From Gammaproteobacteria bacterium (GTDB lineage Bacteria; Pseudomonadota; Gammaproteobacteria; CAKMZV01): 64,000 nt of DNA. Under the pieces are notes generated by a model, which saw only the letters and a list, made by a program, of their open reading frames with translations, had not been told where the DNA came from and did no database searches. This document shows positions 30,467 through 40,071 of this stretch, one piece after another. Position numbers and translations under genes: made by a program. Location: contig OZ255827.1 of the NCBI GenBank assembly GCA_965277625.1, positions 1,935,123 through 1,999,122 of the forward strand, given 5' to 3'. Numbering within the stretch: position 1 is the stretch's first letter; the number at the start of each line of letters is the position of its first letter.

Positions 30467-31692
30467 TCTTTGCGCAAACGATTAATTTCTTTGAGGCGAT
30501 GATTTTTGATATGCTCTGCAATCATCATAGGCTCAACGTTTTCTGCTGTATTTTTTTGAATCATGTCGGATAGGTTTAAGCGCTGTAATCCTGCTAATAT
30601 ATGGTGCCAATATTTTCTTTGTGGATAATGTTTTTTAAGGGCTGGACGGCCCCATGAATCTGCCTGACTACAAAGGGTTAGGCAATCAAACTGTGCTGGT
30701 CTGCGAAAGGCATCTGCCGCTTCCAAAACGCGTAAACACGTTTCGTCTTTCAATACCTTTAGTTTATGAATATGCCCATGATACTCTGTCACAATTTTTG
30801 CATGAGCAAGATAAGCCTTTGGGATTTTCAAGCGTTTTGCCAACTGTTCAACCAAAGGAACACCCCTTAATTCATGACCGCGGTGCGCCGGCAGATAGTT
30901 AGGATTTGAAGTGCCCTTCCCTACGTCATGAACCAATGCACAGAATCGAACGATGGGGTCTTGGCTCAACTGACAAGCTGATTCTAATACCATCAACGAG
31001 TGCACACCACAATCTATCTCAGGATGCCATTTGCATGGTTGCGGAATGCCAAACAGTTGGTGGACTTCTGAAAACCAATACTTTAATGCTCCGACTTGGT
31101 AAAGCGTTCGAAAATAAGCGGTCGGTGTCTGCTCGGTCAATGCGTTTTGAGTTTCTTGCCAAACACGTTCAGCAGGCAGACTTTGCAAAGCCCCTTCTGC
31201 GGTCATTTTGGTCATTAAAATCAAAGTTTGAGGCGCTATGGTAAAGCCCAGATGTGCAAAACGCGCTTGAAAACGTGCCACCCTAAACACGCGCAGTGGA
31301 TCTTCAATGAATGCTTTTGACACATGCCGAAGCCTTTTAGTCTGAATGTCGTGTGTGCCGTTGTACGGGTCAATGATTGTGCCATCTGGCTGGCGTGCCA
31401 TGGCGTTTATTGTCAAATCTCTGCGAAGTAAATCTTGTTCCAAAGTTACATCTGGAGAAAATTGTGTTACAAAGCCTTTATGACCTTCTGCAACCTTGCG
31501 TTCTAATCGTGCAAGTGCATATTCCTGCTTGGTTTGGGGGTGCTGAAAAACGGGAAATTCTTTGCCAATGCTTCGAAACCCTTTGTCTAAAAGTTGTTCA
31601 GGAGAACCCCCGACGACAACCCAATCTTGATCTTTGGGATGAAGACCTAATAATTGGTCTCGTATGGATCCACCCACTTCGTAGTATTGCAT
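30457..31692 (-). CDS. cca: Multifunctional CCA tRNA nucleotidyltransferase (with HD phosphohydrolase domain)
   Basis: 411 aa. 'GGSIRDQLLG...DQDWVVVG' polymerase-beta head; 'HSLMV...LVHDVGK' HD domain. Confidence 0.9.
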   Translation of the reverse strand: MQYYEVGGSIRDQLLGLHPKDQDWVVVGGSPEQLLDKGFRSIGKEFPVFQHPQTKQEYALARLERKVAEGHKGFVTQFSPDVTLEQDLLRRDLTINAMARQPDGTIIDPYNGTHDIQTKRLRHVSKAFIEDPLRVFRVARFQARFAHLGFTIAPQTLILMTKMTAEGALQSLPAERVWQETQNALTEQTPTAYFRTLYQVGALKYWFSEVHQLFGIPQPCKWHPEIDCGVHSLMVLESACQLSQDPIVRFCALVHDVGKGTSNPNYLPAHRGHELRGVPLVEQLAKRLKIPKAYLAHAKIVTEYHGHIHKLKVLKDETCLRVLEAADAFRRPAQFDCLTLCSQADSWGRPALKKHYPQRKYWHHILAGLQRLNLSDMIQKNTAENVEPMMIAEHIKNHRLKEINRLRKECV

Positions 31693-31927
31693 ATTATGGC
31701 GCAGTTAATTTTAAGTCTAAAGATAAATCGGATGGTTGGGGCATTTGAGCGTATAAGCATAGACTCTGAGCCAAAGCATGTGTTTGAAATTTTTGCGTCC
31801 CAACGCTATGACAATAATGTGTCAATCTGACCATTTAAATATGTCAATCTCACAGATGTTTATGAACAATATACAGCAATTAATTCGAATCTTTGGGCAG
31901 AATCAGGCACGGTTTTATTCCAGAGAA

Positions 31928-31954
31928 TTTTCAAAATCCGATGGATTTTGAAAA
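31928..31954 (-). terminator. Perfect 12-bp hairpin overlapping the sirB2 stop codon (probable intrinsic terminator)
   Basis: ttttcaaaatcc-gat-ggattttgaaaa. On the minus strand it is followed by ttctctgg. Confidence 0.4.
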
Positions 31955-32302
31955 TGCCACCTTAAATATATACGCCAATACTAACCAACCAGCAAGGCCT
32001 CCTACTAATATTGATGCACGGCTTGTTGCCTTTTTAAAAGTATAAAATCCAATGCCAATATAGCAAAAGATGGCTGTTAATTTGGCTATTATCCAGACAT
32101 TCTCAGACACACTCAAGTTGTAAGAAAAAACCAATGTGACGCCAAAAATTAAAAGCATGGTATCGACAACGTGGGGGGCGATTTTCACCCACTTTTTTTG
32201 CATCATTTCTGAATCGACATAACGCCAATAGACGCGCAAACTGAACCCTAAAACCGTTAATACGGCCAATAACATGTGAGTGTGTTTGAAAATACTGATC
32301 AT
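31931..32302 (-). CDS. SirB2/YchQ-family inner-membrane protein
   Basis: 123 aa with 4 TM segments. 'KHTHMLLAVLTV...RVYWRY...QKKWVKIAPHVVDTMLLIFG' resembles E. coli YchQ ('KHLHV...RRWVRIAPHVIDTLLL'). Confidence 0.6.
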   Translation of the reverse strand: MISIFKHTHMLLAVLTVLGFSLRVYWRYVDSEMMQKKWVKIAPHVVDTMLLIFGVTLVFSYNLSVSENVWIIAKLTAIFCYIGIGFYTFKKATSRASILVGGLAGWLVLAYIFKVAFSKSIGF

Positions 32303-32425
32303 TGTTTATCCTGTTTTATCGTAGTCCATCATCATTTTAACGTTCATTTTTACCAATCTTATACCATGCACATGGAACAACAAAGGCGAGTCCAACTCGC
32401 CCTTAGCTCACGAGCCAGTCATTTG

Positions 32426-32767
32426 TTATTGTTCCCAAGTGGGCACCGCTTCGCTTTGGGTATGCATTTGTTCTAACGAAACATTGGCAATGTCTAAAGC
32501 CTTATTGATCAATTTGAGCGCCTCTACATACAAGCCTTTTTCTGCGGCACTATCAGCTTGCGTTAATTCATTTTGAATATAGTTGCCTTTTTTGTCAGAA
32601 GCGTGCTTCCAAATAAAATTGGACTTGGTTAAAACTTTGACCTTTTGCTCTAATTCAGCTTTGAGCTGACCATATTGATCGGCCGGAGATAATGAATTTG
32701 TGGTCGAACAACCTTGGAGTAATAAACTCATCATAAATACGACGAATGTGAATCTGATCATGATCAT
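32426..32767 (-). CDS. Small lipoprotein (hypothetical)
   Basis: 113 aa. Signal peptide plus lipobox 'LLQGCS'; predicted helical. No confident family assignment. Confidence 0.5.
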   Translation of the reverse strand: MIMIRFTFVVFMMSLLLQGCSTTNSLSPADQYGQLKAELEQKVKVLTKSNFIWKHASDKKGNYIQNELTQADSAAEKGLYVEALKLINKALDIANVSLEQMHTQSEAVPTWEQ

Positions 32768-33157
32768 CCTTACCTCAGCTGTGAATGTCTTGCCATTATG
32801 TTGGTCCTTGTTTTTGCTGTAATACTTCAGTGATATTATATATTTGCTATAAGCTCCTTGTCTGCCTCTTTTTCACTTTCAACCTTTGGAATGCTTTGGC
32901 AAATGAATCACCTTACTGTAAAAGGGGTGAATATGCGAGATAACAAAGCTCGCCAACCTCAGAATTATTCCATTGAAAACCCACCATCGTCCAAATTGAA
33001 GTGCGGTGTTTGAGTATTTATTTCAGCACAAGGGGCATGCTCTTATACAGCTTTAAATATTTCTTGTTACAATGACAAGCTATTCCATATTGGGCGTATG
33101 TTCGCTGCAAAATGTACGCTATTTATTTTAATTCTGGCAACCATAAACCTTACCATT

Positions 33158-34411
33158 ATGTTTAATAAATCTTTATCCCTTCAAGCAACCGATCCTGAAG
33201 TCGCTCAAATCATCACTCAAGAAGAAATGCGTCAAGAAACGCACATTGAGCTGATTGCCTCAGAAAATTACACCAGCCCCCAGGTCATGCTGGCGCAAGG
33301 TTCTTATTTCACCAATAAGTACGCTGAAGGTTACCCCAGAAAACGCTACTACGGTGGCTGCCAGTTCGCCGACGACGTTGAAGATCTTGCCATTGCAAGA
33401 GCCAAAGAATTGTTCAACGCCGATTTTGCGAATGTACAAGCACACTCAGGGTCTTCTGCCAATATGGCCGTCTATCATGCCGTCCTCAAACCGCACGATA
33501 CCGTTCTCGGCATGAGCTTAGCACACGGTGGTCATTTAACCCATGGGGCGACGGTTAATTTTTCTGGTCAACTTTATAATTCAGTTCAGTATGGCATCGA
33601 TGAGCAAGGCTTATTGAATTATGACGAAATTGCGCAACTGGCCCAACAACACCGTCCAAAAATGATTGTGGCTGGTTTTTCTTCGTATTCCCGTGTCATT
33701 GATTGGCAAATATTCCGCGATATAGCAGACTCTGTGGGTGCCGTTTTATTGGTTGATATGGCTCATGTGGCTGGATTGGTAGCCGCTGGACTTTATCCCT
33801 CACCCGTCCAAATTGCCGATGTGACCACAACGACCACGCATAAAACTTTACGCGGTCCACGAGGCGGGCTGATACTGGCAAAATCTAATCCTGAATTAGA
33901 AAAGAAAATAAATTCACGAATATTCCCAGGCATTCAAGGGGGACCTTTGATGCATGTTATTGCCGCCAAAGCCGTTTGTTTTGCTGAAGCCATGCGTCCT
34001 GAATTTACCGATTATCAAAAACAAGTCGTTGTAAACGCTCAAGCCATGGCCGAAGTCTTAATAGAAAGAGGTTTTGAGATTATTTCTAATGGGACTGACA
34101 ATCACCTTCTGCTCGTCAGTTTCATTAAACAAGGATTGACAGGTAAAGATGTGGATCGTTGGTTAGGAGAGGCGCACATCACCGTCAATAAAAACGCCGT
34201 ACCCAATGACCCTCAATCGCCTTTTGTGACCAGTGGCATTCGCATAGGCACACCGGCTGTAACCACACGAGGATTTTTAAAAGACGACTGCATACAGTTG
34301 GCTCATTGGATGAGCGATGTGATCGATGCCCAAGGCGAAGAATCCGTTAAAAAAGCGATTCAGGAAAAAGTTGGCAAAATTTGTCAACGTCTGCCTGTGT
34401 ATAAAGATTGA
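33158..34411 (+). CDS. glyA: Serine hydroxymethyltransferase
   Basis: Start moved to '[15 protein letters not shown]'. 'ELIASENY' and the PLP-lysine motif '[14 protein letters not shown]' are present. Confidence 0.95.
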   Translation: MFNKSLSLQATDPEVAQIITQEEMRQETHIELIASENYTSPQVMLAQGSYFTNKYAEGYPRKRYYGGCQFADDVEDLAIARAKELFNADFANVQAHSGSSANMAVYHAVLKPHDTVLGMSLAHGGHLTHGATVNFSGQLYNSVQYGIDEQGLLNYDEIAQLAQQHRPKMIVAGFSSYSRVIDWQIFRDIADSVGAVLLVDMAHVAGLVAAGLYPSPVQIADVTTTTTHKTLRGPRGGLILAKSNPELEKKINSRIFPGIQGGPLMHVIAAKAVCFAEAMRPEFTDYQKQVVVNAQAMAEVLIERGFEIISNGTDNHLLLVSFIKQGLTGKDVDRWLGEAHITVNKNAVPNDPQSPFVTSGIRIGTPAVTTRGFLKDDCIQLAHWMSDVIDAQGEESVKKAIQEKVGKICQRLPVYKD

Positions 34412-34595
34412 TCGCGCAATTCTGGTTTGTTTTTCGGCATGGCTTTGAAATGAGTTGCGCATTGTGAATATTGATAAAGCACAGATTCAATGGCACATTT
34501 AAAAATAAATGGCTTGACTCGACTGCAGCACAGACCATTAAAATGACTGAATGATTTTAGAAGCGCTGTGAGAACTGGGTAAATAAGACTGTAAC

Positions 34596-35714
34596 ATGGC
34601 ATCCGAACATCAATCTTGGCTTAATCGAGCCATCAAATTAGCAAAAAAAGGGCAATACACCACCAAACCAAATCCACAGGTCGGCTGTGTTATTGTTCGA
34701 AATAATCACGTCCTGGGTGAAGGTTGGCACGCTTTGGCGGGTCAAGCACACGCTGAATTCAACGCCTTAAATCAAGTTAAAACAAACCAAGTTGATGCCA
34801 AAGGCGCAACCGCCTACGTTAGTTTGGAACCTTGTGCGCATCACGGTCAGACCCCCCCTTGTGTGCAAGCACTGATTGAAGCCAGCATTTCTCGGGTTGT
34901 GATTGGATCAGTGGATCCAAATCCATTGGTTAAAGGCAAGGGCATTCAACAGCTCCGTCAAGCAGGCATTGAAGTCGTTTGCGAGGAACAAAAGCTCGCC
35001 TACGAACTGAATAGGGGTTATTTTAAATATCATCAACAGGGCAAACCTTGGGTCATTTTAAAACAAGCGGCCACATTGGATGGCAGAACCGCGTGTGCAA
35101 ATGGCGAAAGTCAGTGGATTACTGGCAGTCAAGCCCGTGCAGACGTTCATAAATTGAGACTTAAAAGCGATGCGGTTATCACTGGCATCAACACTATTTT
35201 GGTTGATGATCCACTGCTGACGGCCAGACCTCGATTGAATCACGCCTACGGATTAACGGACGAAACGCGCAAACGTTTACAACCATTGAGGGTTGTATTG
35301 GATAGAGCATTGAGAATACCAGTGAATGCCAAATTATTTGGGGCAGCTTCAGCCATTGCCATTGCCACAGAAAATGAAGACGTACAAAAGCAACAAGCTT
35401 ATGAACATGAGCAAACCAATTTCTTTAATCCGTTCTCCTCACATTCTAATTTAAGTGGAGTTCTACACTTTTTGGCCGAACAGCAATGCCAACAGGTCAT
35501 GATTGAAGCAGGCGCTAAACTATCAGGCGCATTTATTCAACAAGGATTGGTGGACGAAATCATTCTCTACTTAGCGCCTTCTTTTCTTGGGCATCAAGGT
35601 AAGCCCTTACTGCAATTGCCAAATATTGAGCAACTGAGTGATCGTTATGATTTTCATATTCATGCCACAGAGCGTATTGGAAAAGACCTTAAACTGTCGC
35701 TTCGACGTCTATAA
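34596..35714 (+). CDS. ribD: Bifunctional riboflavin biosynthesis protein RibD (deaminase/reductase)
   Basis: 372 aa. 'HAEFNAL...EPCAHHGQTPPC' CDA zinc motif; C-terminal RibG reductase domain. Confidence 0.9.
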   Translation: MASEHQSWLNRAIKLAKKGQYTTKPNPQVGCVIVRNNHVLGEGWHALAGQAHAEFNALNQVKTNQVDAKGATAYVSLEPCAHHGQTPPCVQALIEASISRVVIGSVDPNPLVKGKGIQQLRQAGIEVVCEEQKLAYELNRGYFKYHQQGKPWVILKQAATLDGRTACANGESQWITGSQARADVHKLRLKSDAVITGINTILVDDPLLTARPRLNHAYGLTDETRKRLQPLRVVLDRALRIPVNAKLFGAASAIAIATENEDVQKQQAYEHEQTNFFNPFSSHSNLSGVLHFLAEQQCQQVMIEAGAKLSGAFIQQGLVDEIILYLAPSFLGHQGKPLLQLPNIEQLSDRYDFHIHATERIGKDLKLSLRRL

Positions 35715-35880
35715 TCCCTCCCTCACCCATCATAAAGACTTGCGTTTAAGAAATCGAAGCGCATTCATTGAACGAGATGTCTTGCTAATTAGTGCAAAAA
35801 CGGCTGGTTAAAGCGCATATCTTGTGAATGTTTTTTGATGCCTGACTTAATATAAATAAACGGCACCTGTCCGTGAATTT

Positions 35881-36370
35881 CTACCAGGCGAACCTACCGC
35901 TTGACCCATCCTCGTCTAAGCTCACATCATTCCCAAACCAACTATTTGCTGAGTTATCGCCCGCTTTGATATAGGCTCGCTGTGACCAAGTGTTATTGTT
36001 GAATTCAAAGATATAAGCTGCACCTGAATTACTAACACTATTACTATCCACACCATTGATTCCAGTGGCTGAACCATCCTCATCAGCTGCGCCCACCGCA
36101 AGCGTATTACCATCACCACTTAAACTCAATTTCCAGCAAAGCAGATCGCCTTCACTTACATGGGACGCCTTGATAAATGCTTGTTTTGTCCAAGCATTTG
36201 AAGTCAATCGGAAAATATAAATAGCAGCAGAACTTTCAGTAATAGTTAAAGTGATTCGTCAATTAGCATTTACGATTCTCGATACAAAATCGAATATTGA
36301 TCTTCTACCCATTGCGGTTAGTACATTAACAACATTAGTACTGGAAGACTGAATCGTTCTGTGAGTCGCA
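35881..36370 (-). pseudogene. Decayed remnant of an FG-GAP/VCBS-repeat surface-protein gene
   Basis: The 108-aa ORF 35881..36207 contains FG-GAP-like repeats ('SAYIFEF..W.QRAYIKAG...FGNDVSLDEDGS', 'WTKQAFIKAS...GD..LAVGAADEDGS'). The repeat continues upstream in another frame ('...RSIFDFVSRIV' then a stop), indicating a frameshift. No start or signal peptide, and no full-length gene. Confidence 0.45.
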
Positions 36371-36444
36371 TTGGCTAGTGGTGAAGTACCGATTTAAAAA
36401 TCACTCGTTCTAATTTTTTGGATGAGTAGAGGTTATTTTTGAAG

Positions 36445-36478
36445 GAAAAAAAAATGGGTGCCGAAGCACCCATTTTTT
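36445..36478. terminator. Bidirectional rho-independent terminator (A-run / 11-bp GC-containing stem / T-run)
   Basis: aaaaaaaaatgggtgc-cgaa-gcacccatttttt. It lies immediately downstream of the minus-strand porin-like gene. Confidence 0.75.
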
Positions 36479-36498
36479 AAGTGTATGGAACGCTTAAA

Positions 36499-37632
36499 TT
36501 ACATTACGGATAATGTACCTTCTGCGAATTCAACACCGAATTGAACGCGAACACCTAGTCCAACAGTTGTTACTGAATCAGGTGCTGTTTGGCCTGAAGG
36601 AACAGTTACTGAATCGCTACGGAAATACGCATATGTTTGAGCATTTGCCGATGAGATGTCATAACGGACTTGAGCGCCAACTGCAGTATTGCCTTGGTCT
36701 TTTGCACCACCTCTATTAGTTAGAGCTGAATAATAGATACCATAAGCTGTTCTGGACGTCTGAAACTCAATCCGTGTATATAGATTGGTTTGTGACTCAG
36801 CAGCTGAACCACTTACAAGCTTACCATAAGCTACTGTCGAATAAGCAAGATCTAATAGAACTGGACCAAAGTCGTAAGCACCATTCAATAGAAGGATGTT
36901 CTCGGCTCTAACAGGAACTGCAGCGACTGCAGCGACTGCCCCACCAATAACACCTGTGTTGGTATCAGCTGTTGCTGCTACGGCAGCCGTTCCAGCTGTT
37001 TGTTGTGGCGCTGTTCCAGCTGTTTCATAAGCAAGGTTGGCCGTCCATGAACCACCACTTGCGCGGACTGAAAAACCAATTTCATGTTGACGAGGATCAC
37101 CAGCTGTTTCTGCAATATTTCCTTGCTGAGGTGCTATAGATAGATGGAAACTAACCACATCAGCTAATTTGTTAGAGTCGTAACGAATAACATCAGCTCT
37201 GTATGCGCCAAAGAAGAAGCCGCCTTGAGAAGCCGAAGCACCCCGTCCAGGACCATCAGCTAACCAGGTTCTGGCCCAGTAAGATTCTTCCAATCCAGAT
37301 AAGGCTGATTCTGATTGACCCACTGTAACATTACCCCAGTGACCACCAATTTTTGCTTCCATATGGCGCAAGTTAGGAGGATTCCCGTTAACGTTGGTAC
37401 CAAGAGAAATGTGTGCACCAAAAGTTGTGCCATCGTCTGACACACTACTGGCTCTGAAACCAAAACGAGAAGGAGAAGAACCACCATCACCAAGCACAAG
37501 GCTTGTAGGTGTGCTTACACTGGTTAAATTAACATGGGCGTGCCCATAAAAGCCTGATGCTGCAAGTGCAGATCCAGCTACCATTGTTCCTGCGGTTATC
37601 GCAGCGATTGCTAAAGTTTTAGCTAATTTCAT
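36499..37632 (-). CDS. Outer-membrane beta-barrel protein, porin-like
   Basis: 377 aa. Signal peptide 'MKLAKTLAIAAITAGTMVAGSALAA'. Gly/Ala/Thr/Ser-rich with alternating hydrophobic residues typical of a beta-barrel. It follows a strong terminator and has a long AT-rich upstream region, as for an abundant OMP. The C-terminus does not end in Phe, so the family is uncertain. Confidence 0.5.
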   Translation of the reverse strand: MKLAKTLAIAAITAGTMVAGSALAASGFYGHAHVNLTSVSTPTSLVLGDGGSSPSRFGFRASSVSDDGTTFGAHISLGTNVNGNPPNLRHMEAKIGGHWGNVTVGQSESALSGLEESYWARTWLADGPGRGASASQGGFFFGAYRADVIRYDSNKLADVVSFHLSIAPQQGNIAETAGDPRQHEIGFSVRASGGSWTANLAYETAGTAPQQTAGTAAVAATADTNTGVIGGAVAAVAAVPVRAENILLLNGAYDFGPVLLDLAYSTVAYGKLVSGSAAESQTNLYTRIEFQTSRTAYGIYYSALTNRGGAKDQGNTAVGAQVRYDISSANAQTYAYFRSDSVTVPSGQTAPDSVTTVGLGVRVQFGVEFAEGTLSVM

Positions 37633-38012
37633 AATATAGTACCTCTAATAGACTAATTTTTGAATATTTAAAACTCACCGCCAATCGTTTGATATCTGGC
37701 GACAACTTTTCGAATGCGCGAATTTAATCGCATTTCCTCAGGATTGTCAAGCATTCACAATAAAAAAAGTACTTTTTCCTGCTATTTCGCCAAAAAATCC
37801 AGTAAAAATGAACTTTTTTGTACTGAGAAGCCTTTAATAACTTGCACTGTCGCGTATAACAAAATATGCATATTTTTTTGAATTATGAGGTCTTAAAGTA
37901 TTGTTTATCGTAAATATTCATGTGCTATAAATGCACATTTAAAAAACTTAACTTGCTTTAATCCCTATTCAATTGATTTTGCCAAGCTGCAGAACCAACC
38001 AAACTTTCAATC

Positions 38013-38600
38013 CTAATGCTTCAATTGATCATTCAATTGATATAAGGTGTATTGTACATTACCCATTTTATTTTGTTTATATATTATCCAATTTGATGGT
38101 ATTTTTAGAACGGGGGCATTTAAAACGGGGGTTTCAACATAGACCAACCCCATTTGTGTAATCAATCTGTTGTTTTTGATTAGATCAATACTGGCTTGCC
38201 ACAATTGCTTTTCAAATGGCGGGTCGATAAATATGAGGTGATATTGCTTGTTTGTCATCCGCAGCCATTTGATGGCATCCTGCTTATGAATCTCAGCGAC
38301 GGCATTAAGTAAGTCTATCGATGATTGAATCTTCTGGCACTGTTTTGCGTGGGTTTCAATAAAATCAACGTGCGCCGCCCCCCGAGAGAGGGCTTCAAAG
38401 CCCAATACGCCAGAACCCGCGTACAAATCTAAGCAGTGCCACTGTGACAACAAGGGCTGTAGCCAATTAAAAACCGTTTCCCTAACTCTATCAGGTGAAG
38501 GTCTCAGTCCATCAATCGGATGAAAAGCGATGCGACGTGAACGCCACATTCCGCCGATGATGCGACAAGACCCACGGTTTTTATGATGGTCAGAGCGCAC
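38013..38600 (-). CDS. rsmD: 16S rRNA (guanine966-N2)-methyltransferase
   Basis: 195 aa. 'RIIGG...R...P...RPSPDRVRETVFNWL', 'LDLYAGSGVLGFEALSRGA', 'FIDPPF'. Confidence 0.85.
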   Translation of the reverse strand: MRSDHHKNRGSCRIIGGMWRSRRIAFHPIDGLRPSPDRVRETVFNWLQPLLSQWHCLDLYAGSGVLGFEALSRGAAHVDFIETHAKQCQKIQSSIDLLNAVAEIHKQDAIKWLRMTNKQYHLIFIDPPFEKQLWQASIDLIKNNRLITQMGLVYVETPVLNAPVLKIPSNWIIYKQNKMGNVQYTLYQLNDQLKH

Positions 38601-38660
38601 AATTCAAATGGGTTGTGAATGTTTAGATGCCTAACCAAATGAGCAATGGTGGGAATGGCA

Positions 38661-40034
38661 TTATTGCGATTTTTTGGCTGCAGGCTTTGAAGCTGAGACT
38701 TGCCCCAGGCGCAATATCATAAAAGGATTGCTTTGTAAGAATTTTGTAAACGCCGTTTTTACTTCTGCGGCTTTGATTTGAGCCAAGTGCTTATTAAAGT
38801 CGTTTAAATAGCTGTTCGATAAGCCATAAAATGCCATCATACCCACGTAGCCAACCATTTCTTGATTACTGTCTAAGCCCAAGACAAATCGACCGGCAAT
38901 GCTTTCTTTGGCTTGGTTGACTCGTTCATCGTCTAATGTGCCAATCAATTGCTCTACCACCTTAAATACCAGTTCCGTCGCTGTTGAGGCTTGAGAATTT
39001 TTGGTTTGCAGACTGATGCGGAACGGTCCATTTTGTTGCATGGGGGTGAAATGGCTGTAAACGCTGTAGGCCAAACCATTTTTCTCTCGGATTTCAATGG
39101 CTAAATCAGATACAAGCCCATCTCCGCCAAGCAAGAAATTGGCAATGTAAAGCGCTATGTAATGACGCTGTTCCTCATGACGAGACACCCCCAGGGTGCC
39201 GATGTGGATGTGTGCTTGTTGTGAGTTAAAGGGCACATCAAAGATTTTTGAGTTGTCAAGACGCTTGGGTGATGCAATCGGTTCAGGGGGCTTGCCAGCG
39301 GGCAACTGGTTAGACAGCTGCTCTGCTATTTTTTTGGCCTGTTCCATAGATAGGTTGCCAACGATGGCAATGTCTAAATTACTTGCAACATAATAGGTGC
39401 GATGAAATTTTTGAATGTCCGCTCGCTTTAATTTCGCCAATGTGACCAACGTCCCTAAGGGGTCATGCGCGTAGGGGTGATCTTGATACAGTGCTTGCCA
39501 AAAAAGACGGTTGGCGGTTTCACCTGCTCGAGATTGGCTGGCTTTTAATGTGACATTGCGATTTTTAATTGTTCGCTCTATGATCGGTTTTGAAAAAGCG
39601 GGCTTGCTAATAACGTCCCCTAATATTTTCAAAGCGGGCTGCATGAGTTCTGACCTGGTTAAACTTCTGAAGTTAATAATGGCCATATCGCGTAAGCTAG
39701 AGCTCCCCCAACGCACACCCAATGCATCCATCTTTTCGTGCAATGCTTCTTCATTTAAACTTTCAGTCCCCTTTGACAACAATTCACTGGTTAAGGAAGC
39801 CAAGCCAAATTGGTCACCATCTCTGGCAGAGCCCGCATCAAAAATCAGACGAATATCAACAATGTCAATTTCTGGGGCGTGGACAAACCGAACATTGGCG
39901 CCATTGGCGGTTTTCCAAGCATTCGGTTCTGGAAATTTAGCCCAAACGCTTGGATGGAATGTACTGGCAAAAAATAGTGCTATCCATATGATCGGTGATA
40001 TTTTAAAAGGTGGTGACATAGCTATAGATCTCAT
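38661..40034 (-). CDS. M16-family peptidase, non-catalytic (beta-like) partner subunit
   Basis: 457 aa with a signal peptide. M16 fold but lacks the HxxEH motif ('GLASLTSELLSKGT'). Paired with the adjacent catalytic M16 gene. Confidence 0.7.
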   Translation of the reverse strand: MRSIAMSPPFKISPIIWIALFFASTFHPSVWAKFPEPNAWKTANGANVRFVHAPEIDIVDIRLIFDAGSARDGDQFGLASLTSELLSKGTESLNEEALHEKMDALGVRWGSSSLRDMAIINFRSLTRSELMQPALKILGDVISKPAFSKPIIERTIKNRNVTLKASQSRAGETANRLFWQALYQDHPYAHDPLGTLVTLAKLKRADIQKFHRTYYVASNLDIAIVGNLSMEQAKKIAEQLSNQLPAGKPPEPIASPKRLDNSKIFDVPFNSQQAHIHIGTLGVSRHEEQRHYIALYIANFLLGGDGLVSDLAIEIREKNGLAYSVYSHFTPMQQNGPFRISLQTKNSQASTATELVFKVVEQLIGTLDDERVNQAKESIAGRFVLGLDSNQEMVGYVGMMAFYGLSNSYLNDFNKHLAQIKAAEVKTAFTKFLQSNPFMILRLGQVSASKPAAKKSQ

Positions 40035-40071
40035 TTGAAAAGGTTATATTCGTAACAACGCTGGATTGTCT

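Noticed and set aside
33098-33157. N-terminal 20-aa extension of glyA in the ORF track
   Set aside because: The canonical GlyA N-terminus (MFNKS...) starts at 33158. The extension is hydrophobic and unconserved.
34412-34595. Possible FMN riboswitch (RFN element) upstream of ribD
   Set aside because: No recognisable RFN core (GGATCTTCGGGGCAGGGTGAAATTCCCGACCGGCGG-like) in the 184-nt spacer. nrdR, which usually separates glyA and ribD, is simply absent.
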